64,000 nucleotides of DNA from Fistulifera solaris (lineage: Eukaryota), in NCBI GenBank assembly GCA_030295235.1, contig AP026148.1, forward strand, positions 558,001 through 622,000, written 5' to 3'. A program made the position numbers and the translations under genes. The notes under the pieces are model-generated. The model ran no database searches, was not told where the DNA came from, and saw only the letters and a program-made list of their open reading frames with translations. The number at the start of each line of letters is the position of its first letter. Positions within the stretch are counted from its first letter, which is position 1. Of the stretch, positions 37,201 through 50,244 are shown piece by piece.

Positions 37201-40200
37201 CTGCGTGCACAAGTACTCCGACTAGACGGTATTCGTAATCTTCATCTGGGAGAACATGAAGAGCTTCCTTTCCGGTTTCACCTGTATCCATCGGGGAATT
37301 GCCCGCACTAGCGTCTTGCTCAGATGACTCGAGACCTTCGAGCGTGTACGGCTTCAGATTCAATGTTTCGCCAAATGCACAACGGCTATTCAGCTTTACC
37401 GTTTCAAATGTAGTGAAGTCAAGATCGAAACGCTTCAGCGAAAGAATCAGGATATTTGGAAGGGTCGAAATAGCAGTACGAAGGATTGTGTCCGTGTTCT
37501 TCTTGCAATTGTCACAGAATACTTTATTGCTTCCTTCCATAATTTCTACCTCAGTCATTGCGCCGAGGGCTTCATGGATATCGCTTTTCCCGCGAATCTG
37601 ACAATCGATATTTAGAAGCTTCTCTTCTCTGTTTGTTTTCAATCCGCATTCCTTGCATATTTTTTGCTTTGTCTGTTTGATACCGAGAGCATGATCCATA
37701 TAATCAAATTGCTCAGGAGCCCACTTTTTTAGGGTGATTTCTAAGCGATCCAAAAATTTTGTAGCAAACTCTGACGCGTCGTTCTGTTGCCATACGTCGA
37801 ATTCCAGCTTTAAGCATGCGCAGGCTTCAACAAGTGCCCTTGGATCGAAGCATCGGCCTTTTGGCCCCTCTTTTAAATGAATGAATGTTCGCTGTACTTC
37901 TTCAAAAAGATGACGTGACATTGCTTCGTCCACAGATTCCTTTAAGTTGTCATTAGAAGTATTTTCCGCAACCATAAAATTAGCATCTGCTTCAGTTGAG
38001 CCTCCTACCAGCTCAAAAATGCCAGTTTCCTTTCCGGGTCTTCCGTTGATCAAAACAAATTCATCAGGAAGAGCAGGTGGTATTGGCGGTACTTCTTCAT
38101 GCTGAGAATGATGAGTGGTTCTGGGCGTTGCAAGTTGAATAGGCAAATATCGAATGGTGTGTGCTCCCGTCGATTGATTGTAAGATTCCACGATAGCGTC
38201 GTATGAAACACCCGAGTTCCACTGTAGCGAGATCTTTTTCCCACAAGTTCTTCGCCTTCTGGAGTCGCTGGTGTTGAAGAGGAGCGCAATGCAGTCGGAA
38301 GAGGCGCAGCACACATGGAGTCGAGGATATCTGGCATCATGAAGAGCTGCTGAAGCACTGAATTCATGTAGCAAGTACAGCCTTGGTTCCGAAGACCAGA
38401 GTATTTCGACGAGCTCCTATTCCTGCCACGATTCTCGCTTCCACTTCCAAATTGTCCCCAACGGTGTCGAAGGCTAGGCGCCGTGCACGATATGAGTTGC
38501 TCTATCTTGGAAACCAGTATGTCATATCCTATGTCGGATTCGCATAATCTTGCAGCTGCGGTAACAACCTCAAAACCTTTTCGACGAGATTCTCTATCGA
38601 AGCATATGGAAACACCCGTCGATGCATTAGGCGCTAGAAACCCATCAAAAATTGCACCCATAAGATCAACCAAAGCGGCGTCGTCTGCTGGTGATCGAGA
38701 GCTAAACGAATTCGCGACTATCGCTAGCATCCCACGAGCAGGGGGGCGCAACGTCGACCATCGTTCCTCAGCGTTAACATCGCCGGAGAAGAAGATAGGC
38801 GTCGAATCCTTAAAAATTGCGCCGCCTCCCTTTTCGATCAGCGCTCTAAGCAACTTCAAACAACCGCAAAGGACCCCCGTCGACTGCTCGTTGGCATCTG
38901 TTTCATTAGCTGGTTTAGGACATGCTGCCAGTTTTTGACACAAAGCGGTCGCAAGACTACGCAAGGCATCATCAGATACCGAGCGCGAACTCGAACTGTA
39001 CGAGTTACTATCGACAAGTTTTTCTAAAACGTCAAAGAACTCCGCAGCGCTTTCCAGGGACGAGTCAATGTTACTGACAGCGTTAATGAGCCACGGAAGA
39101 GCCGAGTCTACCAAAAGAGGAACTTTTAGGATTAGGTCGTGTGCGGATTTCCGAACTTGCATAGCAGCACTAATTGAAGAGCTTGTCTTGACTGCATCAG
39201 ATCCACCGTCCCAAAGCAGTAATGTAACTAAAAAATTTTCGGCATTGGTTAAGGCGACAAAGCATTCGGCAGCTTTGGGTGACTGGAATAGGAGAGAGAG
39301 AAATCTCAACACATCTGAAACGGTGGAAGATGATATTCCATCGTCATCAACAACCATGGAAGTCAGACTCGTTAACAAACCATTCACATCGGACAAGGAT
39401 TGTAGCAGCTTGATTCCAGCCTCATCAGCCGTCGTTGCGTTAGCGTCTCCCTCATCACCGAACAAACAAGACTTGAGGACTCGAAGAGCTACTGCGTTAC
39501 CGCGACGAATTTTATCTTGCCCTGTGCTTCCACCGTATGAAGCCGAAAAAATTGAACGACTGCTGAAAAACCACCCCCGTCAATGAAAGCGCGACGAAAA
39601 GCACCTGAGTTTTCTATGTATTTCACACCGTGCGCCGTTCGTTGATCGTGGGGCAGAAGTGATAAAGCCTCGGGGGCTGGTTGCAAGAATGAATCAATTG
39701 TCATAAGGGTGTATACAGTTGAGTCAAATGTGCGAACATCGATGAGCTGAGACCAAGCGTCTCCTGAAGAATCAACTTCCATCGGATCCGACACACTGTC
39801 ACCTCCAGAAACATTATGAATTGACATAACCTTGTTTGCTACAACACTATCTGTAGGCATGGCAAGTAATAAGTCCCAAACAAGCTTCTGAGTAAAAGGC
39901 GAAACCGAGGCCACACCAGCTCCGCGCCCATCAAAAGGAGGTGTGACTAAGAGTGATAGAAGAATCCCGTGAAGCTTTTCCGCAAAGCAACCATCATCAA
40001 AGAAAACGGAGCTTAAATTGCTTGGAAAAGCTCCTCGACTGGCTTGTGCAGGGGGGCACTGGCGTGTCAACTGTGGAGATCCTCTCGGATACGGTAAAAA
40101 CAAACTCGCATCCGTGGACGACACCGAGTTCGTCCATAGTGATGTCATCGGCTGCGATATTCGCACTCACGGGTACTGGGTCGGCCGGTTGGTACCGTAA

Positions 40201-43200
40201 GCCGACGCCGACACCTCGCCCATTGATTTGTACGAGTTTGACCGAGGCTAAGGGACATTTGCTTTTGAACGCGATTTTGCCCTTCAAACTACCAAGCGTC
40301 TCGAGTGGATGCACCTCAAGAGAGAACTTAATTGTTGATAAGGGTCGTTGACTTGGTCCCTTTGCAATCACCTCAATCCGACGACAACAAGCCCGTCCCC
40401 GCATTTTGTGAGGTAAGCAACGCATAGCAGCATCAAAATTAGAGTCCGGGCTCAGTTGCAAAAGTCTTGAAATCGTAGACATTGTCGAAGAGGCGTCTTG
40501 AGAAGTTTCTCCGATGGCAGCTTTCAAAATTCTGAGGCATCGCTGTATTGAAAGGTCAGTTAGCGAGGATGGGCCACTCAATTCGCCCACCAGTTTTAAC
40601 AAGCACTCAGAAATTCGACTTTCAAAATTATCGTCATTTTCGTCAATAGCCATTGTATCGGTGCCATTTTCATCGCCATTGGGCGACAGCTGGGGGACAC
40701 GTAAGGATATATACATAGCCAATAAATCGTTCATTGCCCTTTCTGCAACCAAGTCGCTCTCAACAGACAAGCATATCCTCCACAGAGCGTCAAGCGCTGA
40801 TCGTTTTAGAGCAGTATTCGCAAATGACACACGAACTTGACTGAACAGCTCTTGAAAACTGCCATATCCATTGGGTCCTAGACCGTTATAGTTCATTTTT
40901 GGAGAGCAAAACAAATCCAAGAATACACTTGTGCATACTTCCTCTGATATTGCGGCAGAAACCAGATTGTCTGGTCCGTCACCACTCAATTTGCCGTTCT
41001 GGGATGCATCTGATATGAATACCATGACAGCCTCTCGATCCAGCGTATTGTCACAGCGATTCCAGAGATCTTTCAACGAATCTGCACTCAAGGGATCCAT
41101 TGCGAGACCGAAGATGTGCCTGATTATTTTGAGTCTTTCTATCAAAGCATGCTCATGAACTTTATCCTCCAACGAAGTTCCTTTATTGTTCATCTTCCTA
41201 CGATCCAGATACGCGGTTAGCTCGTGCAATATCAAGGAGGGAAGACTGCCATTATCCCGAGCGGTAAGCTTTTCTGCTTGCGGTTTGGGACAGGCACGGA
41301 AAACGAAATCGAAAAGCTTGACCGTTCTCAGCGCTTGTGCTTCATCGACTGGTGCCGAGCGTATTCTTTCATTCTGTGTCAAAACCGTGACGCATGACTG
41401 CAAAAATCGCTCACGGTGTTCACTTCCTTTAGGTTCAACTTTCAATTCATAAGTAACGTACTGCTTCAAACTATCGTAAGGCTTCAATGAAGACGCCTCT
41501 GGGTGCGTAAGCACAGACCAGAGGAGATTCAAAACTTCTTCGCGCACCTCATCAGAGAGATTCGACTTCAACGGGTCCTTGCTATCCATGACTATTCCAC
41601 TGGCAAGGGCCGAACAGAACTCTGATACTTCAAACAAATAATCTCTTTTTCACTATCATCCCTCAAAGATGCTTGGATAGCTTGCAGTAATGGAAGCGCC
41701 AGGGAAATTGGGCAAAGCGGCAAGATAGATACAAGGAGTTGGTAGACTTGTAGTGATACCGCTGCATCAGCTTTTCGAGTGCAAGTCTTCCAAGCAAACA
41801 AGAGATGGGAAGCCTGCAGACAGTACTTGCTTCCTGACGGAGGGACACGTGCACACATGGCGGCGAGAAATTTTATCAAACCAGTAGATCGAGACACAAC
41901 TTCACGATGGATAGTCGTGTCTCCGAGAACCTGTTCTACAATTTCATTTTCGATAGCCCATTTCGCAAGGTGGTGCTCGAGCGTCTCAAATTCAGCACCA
42001 GGAGGTACAAGCAAACCTTGTGCTTTAAGACTAGGGGGCGGCTCTACCCCAGAATTTTTACAAGCAACCCATCCCTGCTCCGGTGGATAAGGGTCTTCAT
42101 AGTCTTTTGCTCTATGTTGGTAGTAATCAATATCTCTATCGGTTCCGGGCTGTTCTTCATCGGCTTCCGACAAGAACCACCATTTTTGCTGCGACCGCAT
42201 TGTGCATCTAAATAAAGTGAGCTTTTTGATGTACCATTTGGGTCGTCAGAGGGAATCTCTAGAACGTAGCTAAACTCCGTCCCTTGCCTCGCGTAACCAT
42301 CAGGGGTAATCTCTCCATTGAACGTGTAGACTCCATTTGCAAAACTATTTCCGGCATTTGCGACCAAATATTCGCGAGGAGGGGGTCTATGACTCTCGCA
42401 CGCTCGAATAAGATCAGCGACTTGTTCCCAACCGAATAGCTTCAAAGGCAGAGATTGCGAACGAATCAGTCGCAGCACCAGATCTCTCCAAAAGGCATAA
42501 AACATATTCGTACTAGAACGCCGCGTCGCAACTAAACGATCGAAAATGCGCTGAAGATCGCTCTGAATCACTTTCAGATCCTCGGTCGGAATTTTCTTCA
42601 ATTCTTCATCCGTGCAGGCGGAAATAAATTGTATGATATCATTTGAAATGAGGATAGCGTCTTCTTCAACGTCCTGATCTGTTTCCGAAGTAGCTCGTGC
42701 AGGAATACCATCATAAATCGCGCAAAGAATTTCATGTACCCACGGGAAAACCGGAAACGTAGTTTTCTTTACGAGTCGCATTTGAAGATAATCATGCAAA
42801 CGTCGGAAGCCATCCTCCGCACGAAACACCTCCATCGTACGCAAACGAACTTCGGGCATGCCCACCATATGATGATGCTGATTTGTATTCCACGATCCAC
42901 CTTTACTACCTTTATAAAATGCTTTCTTTTTATTCAAAGCATGCGAAAGGGTCAGAAGTAACGCACTGGTTCCACGGCGCCGTACCTGAATGGCCAGATC
43001 TTCCGCCACGATCCGCACCGCCAACATCAACGAGTCTTGCACGCAATTCCGTTCGTGAATTCCAATTTTCGACGGCTGTTGCTCGACCAGAATACTGATG
43101 ATCGAGGACATGTACCCTTCCACAAAGGTCCGCGCACGCGGCTCGTGTCGTAGATACTTGAGCGCATGATCTAATGACTCGACGGCGCTCTTCCATACCA

Positions 43201-43471
43201 CTAATTATCCAAATGGTGCGATTCAGTTAGACTCAAAATTCAACAAGCACAAGAATAATTAAACACACACGGAAGGCGCCGTTTTCGACGAGAGCTAGAT
43301 CGATGCGAAGGTTACAAATGTGCTGCAAATGACAATGAGGGGACACGTACCTGTTTGATTCTTGTCCAGACCGTTGCCGACCTCGATCCAGAGCTGAATG
43401 ACCTCCGGAGGTGCTACAACGCTGCTATCGTATTGATAGCTAGCATCCGATGTTTCATTTTCCGCAGTCAT
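34284..43471 (-). CDS. Very large USP9X/USP24/USP34-type ubiquitin carboxyl-terminal hydrolase; intron 43201-43350; several 1-bp frameshifts
   Basis: Cys box GLRNQGCTCYMNSVLQQ, QQNDASEF, LKRFD, His box HAGVAQGGHYYSFIK, WYRFDD; consecutive minus-strand ORFs tile ~9 kb. Confidence 0.9.
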
Positions 43472-44395
43472 GGTCGTTTGATTCCTTTGTTTATTCTCCG
43501 TAATGCCCAACCTCGGTTATTGCTGCTGAAATGCTGGCGGTTCACAAGGCAGCTGCGCTGCGGTCATATTATGCAAGAAGATCGTCTCTTTCTACACAAT
43601 ACGTCATACAAATCAAAGACCGGTACTAAAGTGACCTTTGAATTTTGTCTATAATCTGACCATGCTGTCGTTGAAATCACCGAGGCGACGTGAAGCCGTT
43701 TTACACTACTGAAAAGACATGGACGGAGTTGATACGTAATACGGAGTACGTAGTAACAGTGAGAACTGACAGTTCGAAGTTCGAAGTGAGAACTCTCCCG
43801 AACAGCGCTATGTGTCACGAGGACTGAGTCATGAGGACTGAGTAAACTGGAAAGAAACTAGGGTTCTTTAAGATTTCGAGATCTAGCCAAGCTATAAAAA
43901 TACTGTCCGAGTCGCATCATCTATCATCTCACAAGAGACAACAAAGAAAAGCAAGCGTTGCATCTCCGAAAGTCTAGGAATATGTAGTATGTCTCCTCTC
44001 AAAAGCTTGATTGCTACTGCGTAAATTGCTATATCTCTGCCACTAAAGTTCAGCTTTTCATTCGATCGACTAGTCTGAGTTTTAGATGTCACTCATGACG
44101 GTCCTGAGTTATTACCACGCCCATTTGGGAAACGTGGTTGCCTTTTCCCAAAGCAGAGTTTGCCATAATGCACACGAGGAGCGCCCATAGTGTGGGACAA
44201 GTGAACTCACCAAATGGAATACGCTTTCATTTCTCTTCTATTCATGTTTGGTTCAAATTGATTCTACTCTATTTTATCTCTATTTGTATGGCGTCAAAGA
44301 AAGCCTAACGGCCTTTTCCACGTAGCCGTCTATCTTTTATCGATTCTTTCTTGCTGCAGGTATGCGTACTGTAATCTAGCTTCACAGATCTCTCT

Positions 44396-44728
44396 TTACT
44401 CCTCTTTGAAAATCCAGTGAGACCTCAAGTCGGGGGCGCCGCTGTTGATCGATGGGCCAGCAATACGGCGAATGTCCATGTGATCCAATTCCCACGAGGG
44501 GATCGGACCAGCATAAGATCGGCCCTCAATGCGCCGGATGTTCATATGATCCAGTTCCCGAGACGGAAGAGGAACCGAGTACTTGTCTCGAATATCGGGG
44601 GTGCGTGATTGCATATTGTGCATAGTTCCCAAACTGCTCAAAGTCGCTGGACTAGCTCTGCTACGGCTCAGCGTCGTTCGTGTAGACGTGATGACTCCTT
44701 TTCCGACGCGGGTCATTGCTTTTCTCAT
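44396..44728 (-). CDS. Small hypothetical protein (110 aa) with a 22-aa internal repeat
   Basis: ATG-started ORF after an AT-rich leader; PLPSRELDHMNIRRIEG / PIPSWELDHMDIRRIAG. Confidence 0.45.
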   Translation of the reverse strand: MRKAMTRVGKGVITSTRTTLSRSRASPATLSSLGTMHNMQSRTPDIRDKYSVPLPSRELDHMNIRRIEGRSYAGPIPSWELDHMDIRRIAGPSINSGAPDLRSHWIFKEE

Positions 44729-45357
44729 TGTATATATAATAGTGTATTCTATTGTTGCTTTTGGTGTAAAATGAATTTTATGAAATTATAATGAAACATA
44801 ACATCATGATTACCAGGTACCATCGGTCTTTCTTTTGACACAACGTTGTCATGTCGGTTCATCATGGAACAACCGCGATTAAAGCACCGTACTCACATGC
44901 GGTACTCAAATGATGACGAAGATGTTCGCCAGTCGCCAACCACCAACCACCAACCATTCAAAACACGCGAGCAACATGAGCCTCATTTTTGAAGAAAAGC
45001 CTTTTTTGACGTCTTTGCAAATCGTGACGGACGACGGTCGGGTATCCATTCGTGACTTGTCAAAGGGAAATCAGTCACGAGAGGATACCTAACCATAAAG
45101 GGAGTATCGGTACCTGGTACAGGTACCCGGTACCGTACCAACTTGTACAGCTGTACTCTCTGTTCCAGGTATAAACCGAGCTAGTCCCTATAAATCTATT
45201 TGAAAGAATCTACACGGAGTAATGCAACATGAGAAAAGCCGTTTGAAGGTATACAATCTCATTTCTAAGGTCCAGGTCAACCAGGAAAAAAAGGTTGCCC
45301 ACCGTCTCCCCTTCAGCAGTTCATATATATAGCCAAAGTCTCGCGCCAGTACATGTT

Positions 45358-46011
45358 CTATTTTGCCCAAACGGGCACACCCGCCAGTATCGATGCCAGA
45401 AAAATCCCTAAACACATGAACGAGATCGTGCCCACGACATTGGCGAGGATGACCGTGATGGTGACGGCCAACGGTTTCCCCACCTGCAACTTGTCCTGGA
45501 CGCGTTTTACAAAGGCATCAAATTTGGGACTGACACCAACTGCTACCGCCAATCGGAGAGGACGGACGATATTGTTAAAGACAAAGAATCCGGCATAGAC
45601 CGCTAAGAAACCTTTCCATTGCCCCGGAGCCAAAGGTGATTTTCCTGTCTGCACAACGAGAATGAAATCTAGCCGATCGGAATAAACGATAAATATTCAC
45701 CGAACGCACGCACGCACCTGTTTGGAAAAGATGAACCACGCCAAGGAAACAGAGACACAATAACTCATATTCGAGACCCATCCGTACGACAAAACCGCCG
45801 CCAATCCAAGCTTTCCGAGGCGTTCACGGAACGTCAAACCATCATCGACGGGCTTAAAGTAGGACTTAATGTTATTGACGAACTTCTTTTCGGCCATGAA
45901 TGTGGTAGTGGATGGTCGCAAGAATTTGGGTAATAATACTCGGTGAGGAGCGACGGGAACGAACGCGTGAGCGCCTTGCAGAAAGAACAGGAGGAGTAAT
46001 ATCACTCGCAT
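45358..46011 (-). CDS. Plastid-targeted membrane protein (DUF1279/FAM210-like); intron 45649-45717
   Basis: Signal peptide ending AHA-FVP (ASAFAP-type); GLAAVLSYG and NNIVRPLRLAVAV segments; GTGCGT...GCAG intron is in frame. Confidence 0.75.
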
Positions 46012-46365
46012 AGCTACAACTGAAAACAAAGGTAAATTGTCGGATGGGTCACAAATGATCAGGTAAGGCAGCACTAAGCATGATATTTGTCTTCCGTTAT
46101 TGCGATCGTCGGCTTATTATTATACTCCAGTAGCCGGAATACTGACGCTGTCGAAATACGTCGCACCATCCATAGAAACATAAAAAGTAGAGGACAACTG
46201 TTTTTGCTTTATAATGGCGATGAAAGCGGAAAGACAATAAAACGTGACTAATGTAGAAGCGTGACTGCACAGCACCTGAAGCCGCAAAAAAAAAAAAACA
46301 CAACAAATGCGAGACCTGAGCTCGACTAGACCTATATTGCAGATAAGCAACAATTTTCACATATT

Positions 46366-48989
46366 ATGCAACAAGAAAAGAGACCCGGCAATACATTGGA
46401 TGGAGCGTTTCGATCATGCGGAGGATTATCAAACAGCCTGCAACCCTTTTATGAGGCAACATCTTCGGCCGCTCGTGTCGAAATATTGCAGGAACTTGCG
46501 ATCAAAATCCAGGATCTTCCGACGAATCAAGAAAGAGAGTACGTGTTATGCTCTCTTCTACGCGACACGCCGCCGTTGATCCCAGACACGCCGGAAGAAA
46601 CCGCCGCGTTAGACTGTCTGCAAGCGGGAGGACCCTCCGTCTCGATCACTGCCGCCCTTCGCATTCTGCAAGAAATCCCGCAGTCTCTCACCACTTTGGA
46701 ACTGTCGTTGACACTCTTGAAGCAAGTACTGAGCAGACGACCCACAAACAACACCTGGCTGTCTATGATAGGAAGTGATTTGCAGAACATTGAAAGGTGG
46801 GTGAATTTACTGGTCCGTGTACCGAATTTGGTAGCGAATGCCTGTCACGCGCTAAAAGTTCCCTTTCCGGCATGGACGGCACAAGGAAAGTATTTTCCAA
46901 AAATGGTCGACCATGCGATTCAATGGTGTCTACTGGCAGAGAAACGGCCAACACGTCCAGTCGGTCAAATGTATCTTCTCTCGCTAATCAAACATATGTT
47001 GCGACGAGGAGGCGAAGAAATCACCAAGGGATTGTATCATTCCTACGAACGGGGCAATTCGCTTCCTGAATTGTATATACTTGTTGTCAATACGTTGAAC
47101 GATTTATCACCGCGCGAGTTTGCCATTCTGAGCCGATCCATGATGCTACATATCCTTTCCATGTGCCCTCCGCCGCCAGAAGGCAGGTATGTGCATCCCT
47201 GGATGGATGAGACAGTGAGGAAAGTCGTCATGAAGTCAACGTTGCATGCCGATGCGTTGGTGGAACTGCTACTCTTTCCACCGTTCCCCATCACGACGTG
47301 GCGTACATTATCGCCAGCGTGCTCGCCAATAATACGGAATCGCACGAGGATGATGATTCGTCTTCGGTCGACACCAACGAGTCATCTTCCGAGGATACTT
47401 TATTACGCCGTCACTTGAGTGCTGTCGCCGATCGCTGGTCTCGTCCCAGTTATGTCTTGGAGACGCCCACTCGTCAACAAGCTCACGTGACAGCCTTTCT
47501 TCGATTCGGCATGAATTTACTTTGCGCACCCAAAGAAGACGCGGCGTCCGAGCTGGTGGCATCGGTATTGGAAGGAGTCACGTGTCGGTTGTCGAGTACG
47601 GATCCAGATATACGGAGGGATGGAATGCAAGTCGCCGTTCTTCTGGCAAAGCGGTTGGGAGAAACGTTGGAATTTGACGAATTGAAGGAGTCGGATAACT
47701 TGAGCGAATCGGCAACAAGCATTACAGAAGAGCAAAAACCATGCAATGTGGCAGAAAAGGTAGTCCAGAAATCTCGTCGTCGTTTTCTCAATGCCGATCC
47801 AGACGCGCTCTATATCAGCGACGGCGACGAAAGTACCCAAGCATCCGACGATAGTTGGGTGGATGAGGAAGAAGATTCACCATATGATTTAGAGGATGAC
47901 GAGGAAGATCTCGCGGACACGGCAAAACCCCACTTCCTGTCGGACTGTCTAGATCTCTTGCGAACTCCGGAAACGGACGATTATGCGTCCAGTCGTCACG
48001 AGACGGCTTTAGCGGAGTTGTCCCAGCTAGTGCGCTCGCGACCGATGGATCTTCCTGACATTGCTGCCACAATTGCATTCGAGCTTGTCCATATGGAAAA
48101 CAAATTCGACATTAAGGGTTTTGCTGACTTGGTATCGTCTTCATTACGGTCTCTTGCAGTGGAAGAGCCGCTTCTAGTGGGCGAAACCTTAGTTAAGGAA
48201 GTCTTTCAAGATATTAGTTTGTCGGATAGAATTTGTGCTTTGCGTGCACTGAGCGAGGCAGCATATGAAATGGCTGGGCTATTGGGTATGGAGCAACACA
48301 ACTTATCTCCAAAACAGATCTCGTAAGTTAACGAGGATACCTGCGATCATGTACTATTTTTTGAGATGTATCGCTAACAAATCAAACACCTGTCTCATCA
48401 AACGTATAAATGCAGTGACAAAAGCGCCTCAACAACCTCAAGAGATGTAGTGGATCCAACACTCCGCATAGTTGGTCTTCGCGAAGTCCGTACTCGTCGA
48501 TGGGGACACCGGAAAGCATCGTTGATTCGAAACTCGTTCACACAAGTTGCTCCGATCTGGTTCTACTCATTAGTGAGAACTTTTCTGGAACGAAAAGAAG
48601 ACGACCGACTTTGGAAAGGAAGCATTGGAGCGACTTTCCTTGCTACCATCTTTCAGACATTGGCCGCCTTTGTTGATTGCAGTCGGTACGGTCCATCGGT
48701 GTTGGCCAAAGATTTAATCCGATTGGTGTGGGGTTTCCATCAGGCTGATGTTGGAGAAGTTCGAACCGCTGTCCTGCTGGCCGTCACCGTATCGTTCACT
48801 CATTTGGGTACGGAGGATGCCTTGACGTTACTGCTGGATGCCAATATTCCCCAAAGTCTTTCGCGAATAGCGGCCAAGGATCCCGACGAAAAATGCCGTG
48901 AGCTCGCGGTTGGCTTGATGTCGAATATTACTCAAACCATCGATTCTATGAGTATTCGTCCTACTCTCACGGAAAATAATAAACTGTAA
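46366..48989 (+). CDS. TELO2: Telomere length regulation protein TEL2; frameshift near 47280, intron ~48323-48415
   Basis: EGVTCRLSS..DIRRDGMQVA, acidic PYDLEDDEEDL linker with P.FLSDCL, TRRWG, RNSFTQVAP.WFYSL. Confidence 0.85.
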
Positions 48990-49547
48990 ATGCTATAATC
49001 GGGTTAGTGACAAAGAAAGGTGGAGATTTTTGAATTGCGTTCGGCGTCATTCTTTCCAATAATCCGAAAGGTGTGTTTGACTGATTGTACGTAGTAGCGA
49101 CTACCTTTGAATTAGTACCCATGGAGAAACGAGATAGTTGTCATTTCTGAGCGCAATAAGTTTTCACCCGCAAAAAATGAACAGGTGCTTTCTAGAATGG
49201 AAGATACTCAGTACTCAGTCATAGAGAAAAATGATTGAATGTACATGACGCATCTCGTTTTCTATTACGTAATAGTACTGAAGACTGTGTCTTCGTAGAA
49301 TTCTCATTCTACGTTGGATCGAGGTGCAATTCCGATTAGTGGAAACCAAGCTCTCGCTCTTTCCGGTGAACTTGGAACTGCTTCTTCTCGATTTTTGGTT
49401 GGAGGAATGCAAACGACACAGCGGATAAAAGATCGAACACGCCATTCGTTTGACCATTCATTTGATAACTCAGCTAGGTCTTTACTCGTAGTTGTGCCAT
49501 TATTTATTGTTTACGAAAGCACGCAAGCCCTCTGCTAAATCATCGAC

Positions 49548-50159
49548 ATGACAGAAGCAATCTCACCCATGATGGTCCTTCCGAATACCTTCGAAGCCTG
49601 GGCCATGCAATCTTCGACTGCCGAAACAATCGACAAAGCCGCGGTTATATCGTGGTCCGATCTACCATGCCAAGGCGACTTTCTCATCGACTTTGACCAA
49701 CTGCACTTTTCTCCAATCGATCAAACGACCGCATCGATGGACCAAAAGCACGGTTCTCCTCCGCCATCCCCCCGATCCCTCTCCGAAGAACTCCTCTGCC
49801 ATTGCACTCTACCATCACACGCCCCCCATCTCAAAAAGAAAACCGTCCGCTTTGCAGAAATCGCACAGATCCGTACGTATGACGTCATTTTAGGAGATCA
49901 TCCCTCCTGTCACGGTGGAATGGCCTTGCAATTGGATTGGACCCACCAAGGCACCGAATTCGTCCATTTGGACGTGTACGACACGGCCAGTCGTCACCGG
50001 AATATGGCGCAATTGCATCTCACTTTCTTTCAACGCCGCGAACGTCTGCGACAATTGACGGGCATGTCCGGGTGTGAGTTGTTGCGGGCCGAATTCGATC
50101 TACTATCTCATCAAGAAATGTCTCCGGCGATTTTGCGACGAACGGCCAGCTTTTTGTAA
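49548..50159 (+). CDS. Diatom-type hypothetical protein with KTVRF...LGDHP..G..LQLDW domain
   Basis: Intact 203-aa ORF; motif pattern recalled from an expanded diatom family. Confidence 0.75.
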   Translation: MTEAISPMMVLPNTFEAWAMQSSTAETIDKAAVISWSDLPCQGDFLIDFDQLHFSPIDQTTASMDQKHGSPPPSPRSLSEELLCHCTLPSHAPHLKKKTVRFAEIAQIRTYDVILGDHPSCHGGMALQLDWTHQGTEFVHLDVYDTASRHRNMAQLHLTFFQRRERLRQLTGMSGCELLRAEFDLLSHQEMSPAILRRTASFL

Positions 50160-50244
50160 GATGCGGGGGCAACCATTGTATAGGAAGCGTTTTGTATAAA
50201 GCTTTTAATTTTCATTTTGCACTTCAATCTGTTTATCTCATGAG

